Positions 25,736 to 39,255 of a DNA stretch of 64,000 nucleotides are shown here, one piece after another; the first letter of the stretch is position 1, and the number at the start of each line of letters is the position of its first letter. A model generated the notes under the pieces. That model was not told the origin of the DNA, made no database searches, and saw only the letters and a program-made list of their open reading frames with translations. The DNA is from Octopus sinensis (taxonomy: Eukaryota). Location: contig NC_042998.1 in assembly GCF_006345805.1 (NCBI RefSeq), positions 80,972,001 through 81,036,000 of the forward strand, written 5' to 3'. The position numbers were made by a program, and so were the translations under genes.

Positions 25736-26140
25736 AGTGATGAACAAGGCAAACGATTCCATCAGGACATCAAGGAGATGGAACCTCGGTACCGAGGACG
25801 TTGGGACGCTGTGATGATGGCAGACTATTGCTGGTATTTAAAACGAAATACTCCTGTTGCTCAACACTCACGGTACACAAAGAAACGTAAATTTGTTCAT
25901 TGAATTTTCTGTCAAAAATCTTTGTCAATGAGCATTGTCAATTTTGAAATTTTATTTCTACTTTCTATTTTATGTTACGCTAACTTTATTGATTCGTATT
26001 ATATGCCTGTTGTATGAATAAAATACTTAGTCTATCAGGCCTAGTCAGACAACTAGACCTGATAGAGAAAAACTGAAGTCATTTTAAAATTTACCTAGCA
26101 AAATCACTGAAGAATTCGTTGAAATATTCCAGGCATCTCA
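25736..26140 (+). mobile_element. DNA transposon transposase C-terminus and 3' flank, Chapaev3-like (CMC superfamily)
   Basis: SDEQGKRFHQDIKEMEPRYRGRWDAVMMADYCWYLKR*, stop at 25901-25903. The family assignment is from remembered motif similarity. Confidence 0.6.
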
Positions 26141-26744
26141 CAAAAAAATATATATATATATATATATGTTGCTCAGGTCTGAAATTTTCAGCGGTTGCAA
26201 TGTATATCTAAATATATTTTGAAGAAATGGAAAATTCCGCCTATAACTGATTAACTTCTTGATATCTTCCTAATCTTATAATTTAATGTCTGAAGGGGAT
26301 AACTCTTTTACCCTTTTTTTTACGTTTCATATTTTAGCCTTTACTTCTTCATATTCCGTTGTTTTAAACTTCCGCGTTTTCTATATGCTTCCTTCTCAGC
26401 TTTTCGCATTTCTTCTCTTGTTCAATTTTCTTTTTCATCATGATATATGGTTTGTGTGTGTGTGTGTATATTATATATATATATATATACATATATACAA
26501 ACACACACCATGTACGTATGCGTTTAGACACACACATGTAGTACCTGCACATCCATTTAGCTTTTTGTCATTTGTTTCTATATGCTTATATGTAGTTACA
26601 CCCTTGTTTATGCACATACCAGCTTTTCCTACTCGCTAACCTGTACCACTCATGCATGTGTGTGTATTCGTCTAATACACTTGAATAAATAGACATACCG
26701 GAATGTTTACCTGCGATTTTATATCCTGTCCGTTTTTATTTTTG

Positions 26745-26795
<51 letters not shown>

Positions 26796-27296
26796 CATAC
26801 ATACATACATACAATCCTCTGTGTGTGTTTGCAACTTTTGAAGGACGCAAATTCCAATTATTTAAAAGAAACATAGATTTTAAAAATTCATATCCAGAAA
26901 TGAATCACAGAATTGCTTAATAGTTGAATCGAAGTAGATTAAAAAAATGTTATTTCTGATGGCGGATTGGTGGAAATGTCATAGCCTCGCACTGATCGCA
27001 CATTGAAATCTCGTCGTGCTTACTTTCTCTATTTCCTGTTATTGTAAATCACTCGGTTTTACAAAGAAGAGGAATATTTAATGGCCTTATACCAGATATT
27101 CGTGTCGAATATCTGGTTCTGATTGCTTATTGAAACTTGGAGTACGTTTTATTCTTTATTAGAAAGAGCAATTTATTCAATGTGGGAAAATGTATATTTG
27201 ATATTTACATTTTATAACATTTTAGTCACATTGATTTCATCCTTCAGTTACCAACTCACATGCAATCGCCATTGGTTTTATGATATAAACTTCTTC

Positions 27297-27892
27297 TAAG
27301 GCGGCGAGCTGGCAGAATCAGTAGCACGCCGGACGAAATGCTTAACGGTATTTCATCCATCTTCACGTTGTGAGTTCAAATTCCGCAGGGGTCGACTTTG
27401 CCTTTCATCTTTTCGGGGTCGATAAATTAAGTACAAATGAAATACTGGGGTCGATATAATCGACTTAATCCGTTTGTCTGTCCTTGTTTGTCCTCTCTGT
27501 GTTTAGCCCCTTGTGGGTAGTAAAGAAATAGGTATTTCATCCATCTTCACGTTCTGAGTTCAAATTCCGCAGGGGTCGACTTTGCCTTTCATCCTTTCGG
27601 GGTCGATAAATTAAGTACAAATGAAACACTGGGGTCGATGTAATCGACTAGTCCCCTCCCCCCAAATTTCAAGGTCTTGTGCCTTTCAGTAGAAAAGAAT
27701 TGTCCGCACGCCAGGCAAAATGCTCAGAGGTATTTTGTTTGTCTTTACGTTGTGAGTTCAAATTTCGCCGAGGTTGATTTTGGCTTCCGTCCTTTCGGGG
27801 TCGATAAATTAAGTACCAGTGGCATACTGAGGTCGATCTAATCGACTGGGCCCCTCCCACCAAATTTCAGGTCTTGTGCCTATAGTAAAAAG
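27297..27892 (+). mobile_element. SINE family A dimer plus a third unit
   Basis: Three consecutive cores. The AAAGAAATAG|GTATTTC junction is the same as in other dimers. Confidence 0.9.
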
Positions 27893-28636
27893 GATATAAA
27901 CTTTCTCTCTAAAGAGATCTAAATTTATACCGCTCTTCAAAATGTTATGTAGTTTCAGTTCCAATACCGTATTAGTAATGACAGAGTTATTTTGTTAAGT
28001 TTGTCGTTATTTTAAAAATTAGTGAAAACAAAGGAAATATTTTCTACAACAAAATCTCATCAAACGAGTTGATTAATCATTTGGCACTGAGACAATATTA
28101 TTATCGACCGTTTTGTGTGGTATATGTGGTTTAAAGCAAAATAATTACTGGACGTTTACGTGTCAATTAGAGGTATTTTCTGTGGGCAAAATTAATTTAG
28201 CTAAGGAACAAAACATAAAGTATGCTTCTCGGGCCGAGGAAAAGAAGATATATAGGTGTTCATAATGATATTGTATTTCGGGGTGGTCATTTAATTTATT
28301 ATATTTTTTTGCCAAATAAACACACGCACTAAATATTTTCCCTTCACTCGTTTATTGCTGCTCTTATTTTATTATTTTAAGTCATGTCCCTGGACATGAG
28401 TTAAAAAATGATCATCCCGGAATATAACAATATATGTTTCAACAAATGATTTCATATCAGAAATCTCGCAAGACGAAATATTCATAATGAGATATTTGTT
28501 AATTATACACAAGATGTTAAAATAGTTTTGGATTTCGGCACAGAGTCAGTTTTTGAGGGGATGAAGTGAATTACATCTTCCTCTCTACTTGAATGATAAT
28601 TATTTTATCGAAGCCGAAAGGAAGAAAGGCAAAGTC

Positions 28637-29080
28637 TTTTTCTAACTCTCTGCGTACTGGTTTCAAATCCTACCGAGTTTAGTTGTGCCATTTATTCTTT
28701 TTGGGAGGAGATAAAAAAATATGACTCTAAGCAGTAGTGTGGAGTGCGGGAACTGTTAGAGCGTCGGACTGGATATCTTATTGTATTTGGTTCACTACTT
28801 CGTGCTGTGATTTCAAATCTTGCTATGGCTACTTAGGTGGTATATGGAATCCTCATTGAGCTTCACACTACCATCTGGTCCCATGGTTGCTTTTAGCAGA
28901 GTGCAGTCAGTTACAAAAATTCTAGCCAAGTTTAAGAGCACATTCATGCCTCCGTTTCAACAGTCTCGGAGGCTGTCGAAAAAAACATGAAGATCACTTT
29001 CTTTCTTGACTAAAGCAGTTAAAGAATGTGATGGTACCGGGATTACATAAAGTATATCACTTAATAATTATGCTAATCGT
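28637..29080 (+). repeat. Left arm of a ~440-bp inverted duplication (partner 32548-32971)
   Basis: Colinear reverse-complement similarity, including decayed SINE pieces and their junctions; one ~28-bp indel. Confidence 0.85.
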
Positions 29081-29162
29081 CATAGAATGTGATGGCAAAT
29101 ATTAACGAAATGCCGCTGCTTCGTTCCTCACATGAAAGTTGCTCGTTACTAAATACACAAAA

Positions 29163-29604
29163 GAATTCTTTTCGGTTTGAACGGCAGTTTTTAACATAAT
29201 TTCTAGGTAACTAAAAAATTTTAAACCTCGTATACTGGTAGAATGTGTTTATAAACTTATTTTTCTCTTGGCTTTATAGAGAAAATTCTATAGTCTGTAA
29301 GATATTTGTTGTTTTTTTTCTTCAATTTCTGCAATTTCAACCAATAAGTGACGTCTATTGAGTTAAAAGGCATTCTGTGCCGTATGAATATGTCCCTCGT
29401 TTAAGAAACAGATTGGGTTTATTTCTATTTGTGAAGAAAAAAAAGATACCCTTCCCCACCCCTAACCCTAACCCTAACCAACCCTAACTAACCCTAACCC
29501 TAAAACAGACGGAAATGAAATAGACCGATACTAGGGTCATAATTATGGGTAACAATTTCATAAGACACCGCTAGAAAAAACTTCCGTTCAAACCGAAAAG
29601 ATCC
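29163..29604. mobile_element. Non-autonomous TIR element with an internal (CCCTAA)n tract
   Basis: Inverted termini CTTTTCGGTTTGAACGG(C/A)AGTTTTT at 29168-29192 and 29576-29600; telomere-like repeats at 29460-29503. Confidence 0.7.
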
Positions 29605-31974
29605 GAATTCTTTCATATTAAAATATTACTGTCTCTGTGTTGCTTAATGTAAATATGTCTTCATTTTTTTACATTACTTATATTGCATTTGATAACGATT
29701 TGTACAATTTTTATTGATGCAATAACAAAAATCTTTAGGTCAGATGACAGTACACTACTGACTCGAATTATTGTATGCTAACGTTATATAATCACCATAT
29801 TTACTAAGTATTTTATGGCAGTACCATAAAGATGTCAAAATTTAATTCTATGAAATCATTTGCTTCGTGGCATAAAATGAAGAAATCCCTTAAGCCATCA
29901 CTTTATTGAGAATACATAACATTATATATTATATTTGCATTTCTGCCACAAAATAAATACTTTGTAAGTGATAGATGATTCCATTGTTTAAGCAGGTATA
30001 TATAAAACGCAATTATGTTTGCAAACGAGAAATAATTTAAAATTTGTATTTGGCTATTTGGCTCATTAACTTGCGACTTGAGATTTCATCGTGACAGCTG
30101 TCTGTTTGATTTTGCAGTTTTCTTTGTTGACAAAATAGTGATATTAACAGCTCAGGGTTATATAGCTGCCAAGTTTCTCAAACAAAGAAAAACTGTTCTT
30201 TAATTTGAAATAATTCAGGAATCTCACAGACAGTAAAACGTTAAAATGCTTTAAGTTGTTCTTTATATAGTTTTCTCAGAGTTTCGTTTCGCTTCATTTC
30301 ATGAGCTACATTAATGTTTTCCATATAAAGAAATATTATTTTCTATATAGGAAGGCGATATACGAGAAATCTATAACAGTATGTTTATGATAAATATATA
30401 TAAATAATTTACAGATTCATTCCAACAGAATATATGGACGATAAGTTTGTATAAAAACCAATTCCATTTTGTGATGATAATGTGTACGGCTCGTTCATTG
30501 GTAAATAGAAAAGATATTATCTTTTGTCTATTTATGTATACAACACCGTCTATACAACACTAAAATCCATATGTTATAAAGCATTATTTTGTTAACGCCA
30601 TCAACTATATAGCCACAACTAGTTTCAATAAAGCGATTTGTTGTTTTATTGAAAATTGTCAGTATCTCAAAATACTTACAAATACAATTTTGGTAAATTG
30701 GGTTTTTCAGCAATACGCGAGCGGTTTTATAACTGAGAGAATAAACAAAAAATAGCTTTACGGTCTTATACTTATCAGAAATATAAAAACACAGCGAGGT
30801 TTGTAGAGGGAACATCATTAAATATCTCCATTACATACAGGTAACATTTTTGTTCTGATAAAATCTGATATTTTGTCCGTTTTTTTTTGTTTGTTTTGGC
30901 GCTAGAATATTATTTAAAACTGTCTTTATCTTGCTTAAAGAAAACAAAATTATATTTCCCTCACAGTGCTTATATTTTATCATCAAAGTAAATAAGATGA
31001 CAGGTTATTTATTTTAAACTAGAATGACAATAACTGTCATATATTTTATGAAACAATATTTTCTGGATTTCATTAAGAATGATTGAATTGTAACAAATGA
31101 AAACGTTTCTAAAATTCTCATTAACATCATATAGGTCCTTGCTTAATGTCACTGAATATTCGATTAAAACAATAGATGACAATATTAAACAATAGTGAAA
31201 ATATACGAGATGGAATTACATTATCAAAATAATACCACGATTTTACATTATTTTACATTATAATGAAATTGTTTAAAATATTTCAAAGGGAATTTTCTAA
31301 AAATGTAGTCTTCAAGCATGTCACCCATGGTTCTGTGATATTTTGAATATTTTTAATATTTACATCTTAGTTTAGTGGATATTCGTTTGCATATGCGTGT
31401 AATTGTTTGAAAGTGTGTAAAATATGTTTAATCAGAGGCGTTTTAATATACAAGAGATAAAAGGATTTAAATCTCTTTATTAGAATATAACAATTGACGG
31501 CAGTATTTTTGCGAAGATGCCAAAAGTTTTAATGGTTTTGAATGCTGTAGCATGAAAGGTAAAAGGAATAAGTTTTATTGTTTATTTCAGGGAATACGAT
31601 GCATTATTTGAATTATGCTTTTGTCAAGACAGACGTTATGTAAATGTATAATAATGTTCTATATTCTTAATAAATTTGTAAAGAACATTTATCTCTTAGG
31701 GTATTCACGAATATCTAATCGGGAAAAGTTTTCTTTCAAAGGAAGATTTAGATATTTCAGGAAAGACGGCTTAAATCTTCCGTAGAGTTTGTTCTTTGAA
31801 AATGATGATTAAATATTTAAATGATTTGATAAATACAACTATAAGACATAATGATATATAGAAAAAGAGTAAAAAAATTGCCTAATCAAAGAAATTCGGG
31901 AAATAGTCAAGAATAATCTACGTGATAACTATCACTTGCAACAAACATCTTAACATCAATATCAATTGATAATA

Positions 31975-32530
31975 AAGCAGCAAGGTGACAGAATCGTTAA
32001 CACGCTTAGCGGCATTCCGTCTGTCTATACGTTCCGAGTTCAAATGTTAGCGAGGTGACATTTAATCCTTTCATCCTTTTGGGGTTGATAAACTAAATAC
32101 CAGTTAAGTACTGTGATCGATATAGCCAACTTAACCCGACCGTAAAAATTGCTAGCGTTGTGCAAAAAGTTGAAACCATTATCAATTCATGTTAAGGTAG
32201 GGAGCTGGAAAAATCGTTAGAACGCTGGGTGAAACGTTCAGCAGCATTTCGTCCGTCGCTACATTCTGAGATAAAATTCCACCGAGGTTGGCTTTGCCTT
32301 TCATCCAATCGAAGTACCGATAACATAAGTACCGATTGAGTCGTGAGCACGATGGGATCGAATTACCTGGACCAAATTTCCTGGCCTTGTGCCAAAATTT
32401 GAAACCGATATTAATTGATATTAATAAGCGTTCTGATTTCAATTTCGCCGAGGTCGACTGCCTTCATCCTCTCTGGGTCGATGAAATAAGCACCAGTCAA
32501 ATATTGGGTGTGATGGAATCGATTAGCTCC
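31975..32530. mobile_element. Degenerate SINE family A cluster
   Basis: Heads and cores at 31985-32170, 32200-32320 and 32420-32530. Confidence 0.7.
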
Positions 32531-32547
32531 TTGTCTCTATAGCAGAA

Positions 32548-32971
32548 ACGATTAGCATAATTATTAAGTGATATACTTTATGGAATCCCCGGTACCATCA
32601 CATTCTTTAACTGCTTTAGTCAAGACAGCCTCCGGGACTGTTGAAACGGAGGCATGAATGTGCCCTTAAATCAGAAACTTGGCTTGAATGTTTGCAATTG
32701 ACTGCACTCTGCTAAAAGCAACCATGGGACCAGGTGGTGGTGTGAAACGCAGTGAGGACTATATGTACCACCTAAGTAGCCATAGCGAGATTTGAAATCA
32801 CAGCACGAAGTGCTGAACCAAATACAGTGATATAAACAGTCCGACGCTCTAACAGTTTCCGTACTTCACACTACTGTTTAGATTCATACTTTTTTATCTC
32901 CTCCCAAAAAGAATAAATTGTACAACTAAACTCAGCAGGATTTGAAACCAGTGCGCAGAGAGTTAGAAAAA
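32548..32971 (-). repeat. Right arm of the inverted duplication
   Basis: Reverse-complement similarity to 28637-29080. Confidence 0.85.
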
Positions 32972-33607
32972 ATGCCGGGAGGCATTCTATCCAACACTGT
33001 AAAAAGTTTTCCGCTTCACAATCATTTGAAATTCTCTGACATATAATTTTTTCTTCATGCATTAATTTTTGATATATACGTTTTTGGGGGCGATACAAAA
33101 CTGGAGCATTCTTCATTTCGAGGTGTTTCACATAGATTTTCTGTTTTTGCTTGTGTAACTTTAAGACCTACACATGCATAATAACACTTTTTCCTTTAAC
33201 TAAAGAAAACTCTTCTATTTCTATCTCAGCTTGTATAGATTTAGGAATATATGATGCATAATAATATTTTCCCTTTAAGAGTATTTTTCCGTTTCTGTTT
33301 TCTCTTGTACAGATTTTGGAACTTATGATGCGTAATAATGTTTTCCCGTTAACGAAAGAGATCTTATAACAAAATTAGTAACGTTATTCTGTACAGAGAG
33401 GAACTTGCATAATTACATACGTAAATTTTTCCTACGCACTATGTTCTTTCGAGTTCCCAAGTGTCTGAGTATTTAATGGATAAGGTATGTAACTGTGAGT
33501 TGTATTCTCATCATGTTCTCAATATATTCAATAACAATTTTTTAAGCTTGTGTCACTCATAAAATTTAATTAGGTCCTACTGTATGACAAAAGGAAACTG
33601 CATCAAG

Positions 33608-33655
<48 letters not shown>

Positions 33656-33688
33656 TTACGCACATACATACATACATACATACATACA

Positions 33689-33719
<31 letters not shown>

Positions 33720-33934
33720 GCTTATATAATGTGTGTGTATTGTTGGATACTGTTTCTTTTTCATACTACAGGACTAATTGAATTTCAAATTCTAAGATCG
33801 ATCTAAGTTTAAAAAGTTTACTATTGAATTTCCTAAGAAGATGAGAATGTATCTCTCAATTACATACCTTATCCATTAAACACCCAGACTCTTGGGAACT
33901 TGAAACAACATATATTCTTTATTTACTTTTTTTT

Positions 33935-34325
33935 TTACTTGTTTCAATCTTTGACTGCGGCCATGCTGGAAAACTGCCTTTTAGTCGAACAAATCGACCC
34001 CAGTACTTATTCTTTGTAAGCCTAGTACTTATTCTATCGGAGTCTTTTACCAAGCCGCTAACTTACGGGGACATAAACACAATAGCATCAGTTGTCAAGC
34101 GATGGGTAGGGGAGACAAACACAGAGACACACACATAAATACATACATACACACACACATGCACACATATACGACGCGCTTCTTTCAGTTTCCATCTATC
34201 AAATCCACTCACAAGGCTTTGGTCGGCTCGAAGCTATAGTAGAAGACACTTGCCCAAGGTGCCACGCAGTGGGACTGAGGCCGGGACTATATGGTTGGGA
34301 AGCAAGCTTCTTACCACACAGCCAC
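33935..34325 (-). mobile_element. SINE family B, full length
   Basis: Reverse complement of head, CORE, internal microsatellite and tail. Confidence 0.88.
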
Positions 34326-34479
34326 TCGTGTTCCTACTATATACAGCCACCAATCACACCAACGCCAACGCTATTTCTACTAATAAATATAAGAGGCCTG
34401 CTACAGAACAACAGCAAATGCTAAATTGCGCTCCTGTAGAATATTTATGCATGCAATCAAGCTATATGCATTGCACATA

Positions 34480-35820
34480 CAGAAACACATCTGTCTGCAG
34501 AAATAAATAATGCGGAGAAACACATACCAATGTATTCTGTCTTCTGTACGGACAGAAGAAAAAGAAATCTCGGTGGAGTTGCAATGTACATCCGTGAAGA
34601 TGACACACCATCAACCCTGTTATCGAACTCGAACTCGATGTGTGACACACTCATAGTACATTTAAAGCAACTTGATATAGGGATGTGCACATTATATCGC
34701 CCACCTGATGCCTCAAATCATGATAGAACATTTAAGGAAAGCTTCGTTGCAATAAAGGAAGTACTAACACAATTGGATCAACGTATATACTGCTATATTC
34801 CTGATGGGTAACTTCAACTTCCCCAACGTCAGGTGGCCTGAGGGTAACATATCCCCAGGAATGACTGACAAAGAGCTATATCAAGCAGAATCCCTACTTG
34901 GTCTTAGTAGAGAAGATCTCCAACCAGGCACAAAAATATCCTGGACCTCTGTTTTTCAAACAATGTGGAAAGTATCCATAAAGTAAATATATCACCAACA
35001 ATATTCTCGGACATAACATGATAGAACTGATAATGTTTGCCCCGAAATTAACTAAAGATAAACTCCGCACAAATGGCGCTCAAACCCTCTCCAACCTAAA
35101 TTTCTCTAAGGCTGACTGGAAGTCACTTGAAAAACGGATACTCTAGCAGGACTGGCCTAAAAACCTCACTATGGAAGACATAGATATGAAATTCAATAAA
35201 TTCATCTCAATAATATGAGCCATATGCATTAAATATGTCCCAGACGTGAAAGCCAATACACACAAAAACATCATCCACCGAGACAGGAGAATACTCATGC
35301 AGCGGAGAATAAAGTTCTCGAATTGTTTAAACAAACACGTTAATGACTGCGTGAAATTCCACCTAACAGAGAAACTCTTCGAGATTGAAAATAAACTCAA
35401 AATCTCCCATGAAAAAGAAAGAGAAGAAAGAGAAACCTGAGCAGTCGAAGATATAAAAAGAAATTCTAAACCCTTCTACACGTTGGCAAAGGAGTCTGCC
35501 TCAGTACGCTATAAGATAGGGCTACTATTTGGTAAAAACGGATCACTAACTACAGGTGAAGGTAAGTGAAGCACTAAATAAACAATCTCGAAGTCTTTTC
35601 ACTTCTCCACTGGAAGATATGCAAATAAACAAACCTGAGGTGTTTTTCAATGTAACGAATCAATTCGGAAAAGAGGCAACCATTGATCACATCAATATAA
35701 CATCGGTCATAGATGCGATCAAACTCAGCAACGGGCCCATCTGGGCCCGTTGCTGAGTTTGCAAAGTCACTGCAGATAATCTTTCAGAGTTTCCTTGCGT
35801 GTGGTAAACTTCCCAACATG
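34480..35820 (+). mobile_element. CR1-clade LINE, apurinic endonuclease and linker, truncated at the RT start
   Basis: YSVFCTDRRKRNLGGVAMYIR, CTLYRPPD, GNFNFPNVRW, NFSKADW; IIHRDRRILMQRR is homologous to 16330-16390 on the minus strand. Confidence 0.85.
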
Positions 35821-35825
35821 CTATC

Positions 35826-36359
35826 ATTGTTATTAAATATGAATAAAGGTTGTTAGAACCTCCTAGACTGCTAGAAATAAGAGCTAAAGCGCTCTAATGC
35901 TGCAGTCAAAACACATGGGGATATCTCGACAACTGCTTTCGGGTGATTAGGGTCCCTCTCAATATGTATGTATATAATTATGTGCTTTGACTGTAATATT
36001 GTGACGTTTTAGCTCTTATTTCTAGAAATGTAGGGGTTTCTAACATCCTTAGTCTTATTTAATGACAATTATAGTTTTCCTTTTTAGTAAAATATTGCGC
36101 ACCACTGCCTATATCAATTATTTGTAAGAACATTAGCGATTCGCTAAATCATCCATAGATTTCTATGGGGAATACATATATACTGGCTGATTGTCGTCCG
36201 CAATCAACTGAGTCCAGCTGACTCCACTGAAGAGGCAACGGCGAAAGCCGAAACTGACCGATTAGTATGGAGATATCTCGACCACTATTTTCGGGCGATT
36301 ACGGTCCCTGTCGGTATGTACGTATACAATTATGTGTTTTAACTGCAACATTGGAGCGT

Positions 36360-36360
<1 letters not shown>
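35826..36360 (+). mobile_element. Retrozyme- or pLTR-like non-coding repeat: inverted arm plus ~1.25 copies of a 352-nt unit
   Basis: 35826-35916 is an inverted copy of 35981-36070. 35916-36010 is a diverged direct repeat of 36268-36360. Confidence 0.75.
36222..36272 (+). ncRNA. Type I hammerhead ribozyme with intact catalytic core
   Basis: Stem I CTCCA/TGGAG; CTGAAGA; stem II GGC/GCC; GAAA; stem III ACTGA/TTAGT with CCGA loop; GTA triplet; predicted cut after 36267. Confidence 0.88.
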
Positions 36361-36434
<74 letters not shown>

Positions 36435-36489
36435 CATATATATACATACACATATGTACATACTTACATATACATGTATATACATATGC

Positions 36490-36860
36490 ATGCATGGAGA
36501 CAGGACATCACAGAACGTAAACTACACATGAAATACGAAATACGAAAACATGGAATACGATTTTTTTTGCGATCATCGAAAGAAACAAATGGAAAACAAG
36601 ACAAGCAACATAAATAATGATCCGTCGTCAGTTGTCGGCTGTTTTTCTATGCCATATTTCGAGCAATTCATAGTAAGCTACACTTTCGACAAAGCAGTTG
36701 CTCCCGCAAAGCAAATTAAATAAAATTTGGGATTTTGTGGAGGGTCAAAGTTGGTAACAAAAACAGAACAGTGAAAATAACCATGAAGGGTTCTTAAGCC
36801 TAAACGATGTGAGGTGGCGAACGCTGGAGGAACAAGCTCTGCCAGGAGACACACAAGAAT
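36490..36860 (-). repeat. Interspersed repeat, possibly a Penelope 3' end; second partial copy at 37305-37460
   Basis: The two copies share ACAGGA..TCACAGAACGTAAAC...CATGGAATACGA...GTCGGCTGTTT. Weak resemblance to a GIY-YIG C-terminus (HRLGLRTLHG). Confidence 0.45.
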
Positions 36861-37469
36861 GTGTCTGGTCCCTGCGGCTGATCGGAAGGGAAGAAACTCA
36901 AGTTAGGAAAAGAAAGATGGCCGATGATCACGTGCGAGCAATGAGAGAGCAGAGGAAGGAGAGTGAGGGAGAAAGGGACAAACAGAGAACGGCGAAAGGG
37001 AGAGGAGAGAGAAACAATTAGAGAGCAATAAAGGAAAGGGAAGAGGAGAGAAAAAGAATTAGAGAAAGGAATAGAGGAGAACGAAAGGGGAGAGGGAAAG
37101 ACAAGAAATAGAAAGAGTGAGAAATATAAAAATAAGGGTCGCATAGAAATTATTAAGATAAAACTTCCTTGGAAATGGATGCGTGGTGTTCAATCATATG
37201 ATAGTATAAATAATACACACACACACGCACACATATATATATGCATATATACATACATATATGTACTACTTGCATATACATATACATATACATATGGATA
37301 TATGGGCACAGGATGTCACAGAACGTAAACAACATGAAAGACGAAATACGAAAGCATGGAATACGAACTTTGTTTTTGCGAACAAAGAAAGAAACAAATG
37401 GAAAATAAGACAAGCAAGATAAAGACGACTCTTCATCAGATGTCGGCTGTTTATCTGTATTTGGGCGCG

Positions 37470-37720
37470 CAAGAATGTATTGTGTTGGACTCGCAGATGT
37501 GGTGAATGAGTCACGTGGTCTGCGCAGAAGAAACTATGATCTCCAAATATCTGTTCAATAGTGAACTAAAATATGGAAGTCATTGTCGAGGATCCCGGAA
37601 ACTCCGATGAAAGAATGTTCCTAGGCAACAGCTTAATGATGTTGCCATGGGTGAATTCAGATTGGTTAAGAATATGACAGGTATGATATCGCAGGTGCGC
37701 CAAATCATTTAGGTATACTG
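37470..37720 (+). mobile_element. RTE LINE fragment
   Basis: Frameshifted remnant reading EETMISKYLFNSELKYGSHCRGSRKLR. Confidence 0.6.
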
Positions 37721-37955
37721 TCTTGGTATCGTGAGTCTAATAAACACTGTGTATGTATGCTTCAGAACGAAGTGTTAGACGAGTATAGAGTAGTAATAAG
37801 AAAAGGAGATGAGAAATGAAAAAGATGATTATGCTATTGACTCAAAGTACACAGCATCTAATAGCAGAAACAACTGAAAGCTAATGTATTTCATAACATA
37901 ACTAACATAACTATCTTTTACTTTTGTCATTCTTTTTCTTATATATATATATGTT

Positions 37956-38016
<61 letters not shown>

Positions 38017-38368
38017 ATGCGTGTGTGTGCGTGTGCAACTATTTATTACATTTATTACTGGTAATGACTGGTAACCCTGAATTTCGCCGAAACTAGCATC
38101 AATTCTTTGATCAGCCAGGTTCGGTGAAGTGTCGAGGTAAGCAGTGATTAAAAAAATTATTTTATTTACTTATTATCGGAAAAGAGTTCTTCATTCAGCG
38201 CATGATCAATGTACGTAGGTACACTAGAAACCTATTAAGCAAACCAGAATATTTATAAATACATATACACATACATACTTATATGCATACAGACACTTAT
38301 ATATGCGTGTATAAGTATAAACATATAAATATGCACACATACATACACATGTATGTGGCATTTAATTA

Positions 38369-38699
<331 letters not shown>

Positions 38700-39006
38700 A
38701 CATATATATGGTTTTCCTTTATTTGTTAGATTAGTTTTAGAGATAGTAGATATTTTAATATTAATAACTTATACTGTAACTGCGTGTTACTAAGTGAACT
38801 GGAACTCTGGTGAGCATATTTGATCGTTTAGAAAAGCAATATATTATTAAAAATAAATACGTCAGTCGTGTTAAAAATATAAAAAGCTAATTCATAAAAT
38901 ACTGCTTTGTTCAGATTTATTTTCAATGTTTTGCTGTTGGTATTTATTAATGATTTAAAGTTCAGTTATATATATATATGTATATATATATATATGTATG
39001 TATATA

Positions 39007-39085
<79 letters not shown>

Positions 39086-39194
39086 AGTGAATTGAAGAAA
39101 TGGAGTTGAACGAAGATTGAACAGAATTCCTTTTATTGCATTCTACACATGCTTTGATTAATCTGCAACAAGATTATTCATCTTTCTATTTTAC

Positions 39195-39255
<61 letters not shown>

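Noticed and set aside
29460-29503. True telomere or chromosome end
   Set aside because: The tract is short, degenerate and internal to a TIR element.
36540-37450. CTGACGA and CTGATGA on the minus strand at ~36625 and ~37435 as hammerheads
   Set aside because: No GAAA-stem III-NUH-stem I arrangement can be built in either copy.
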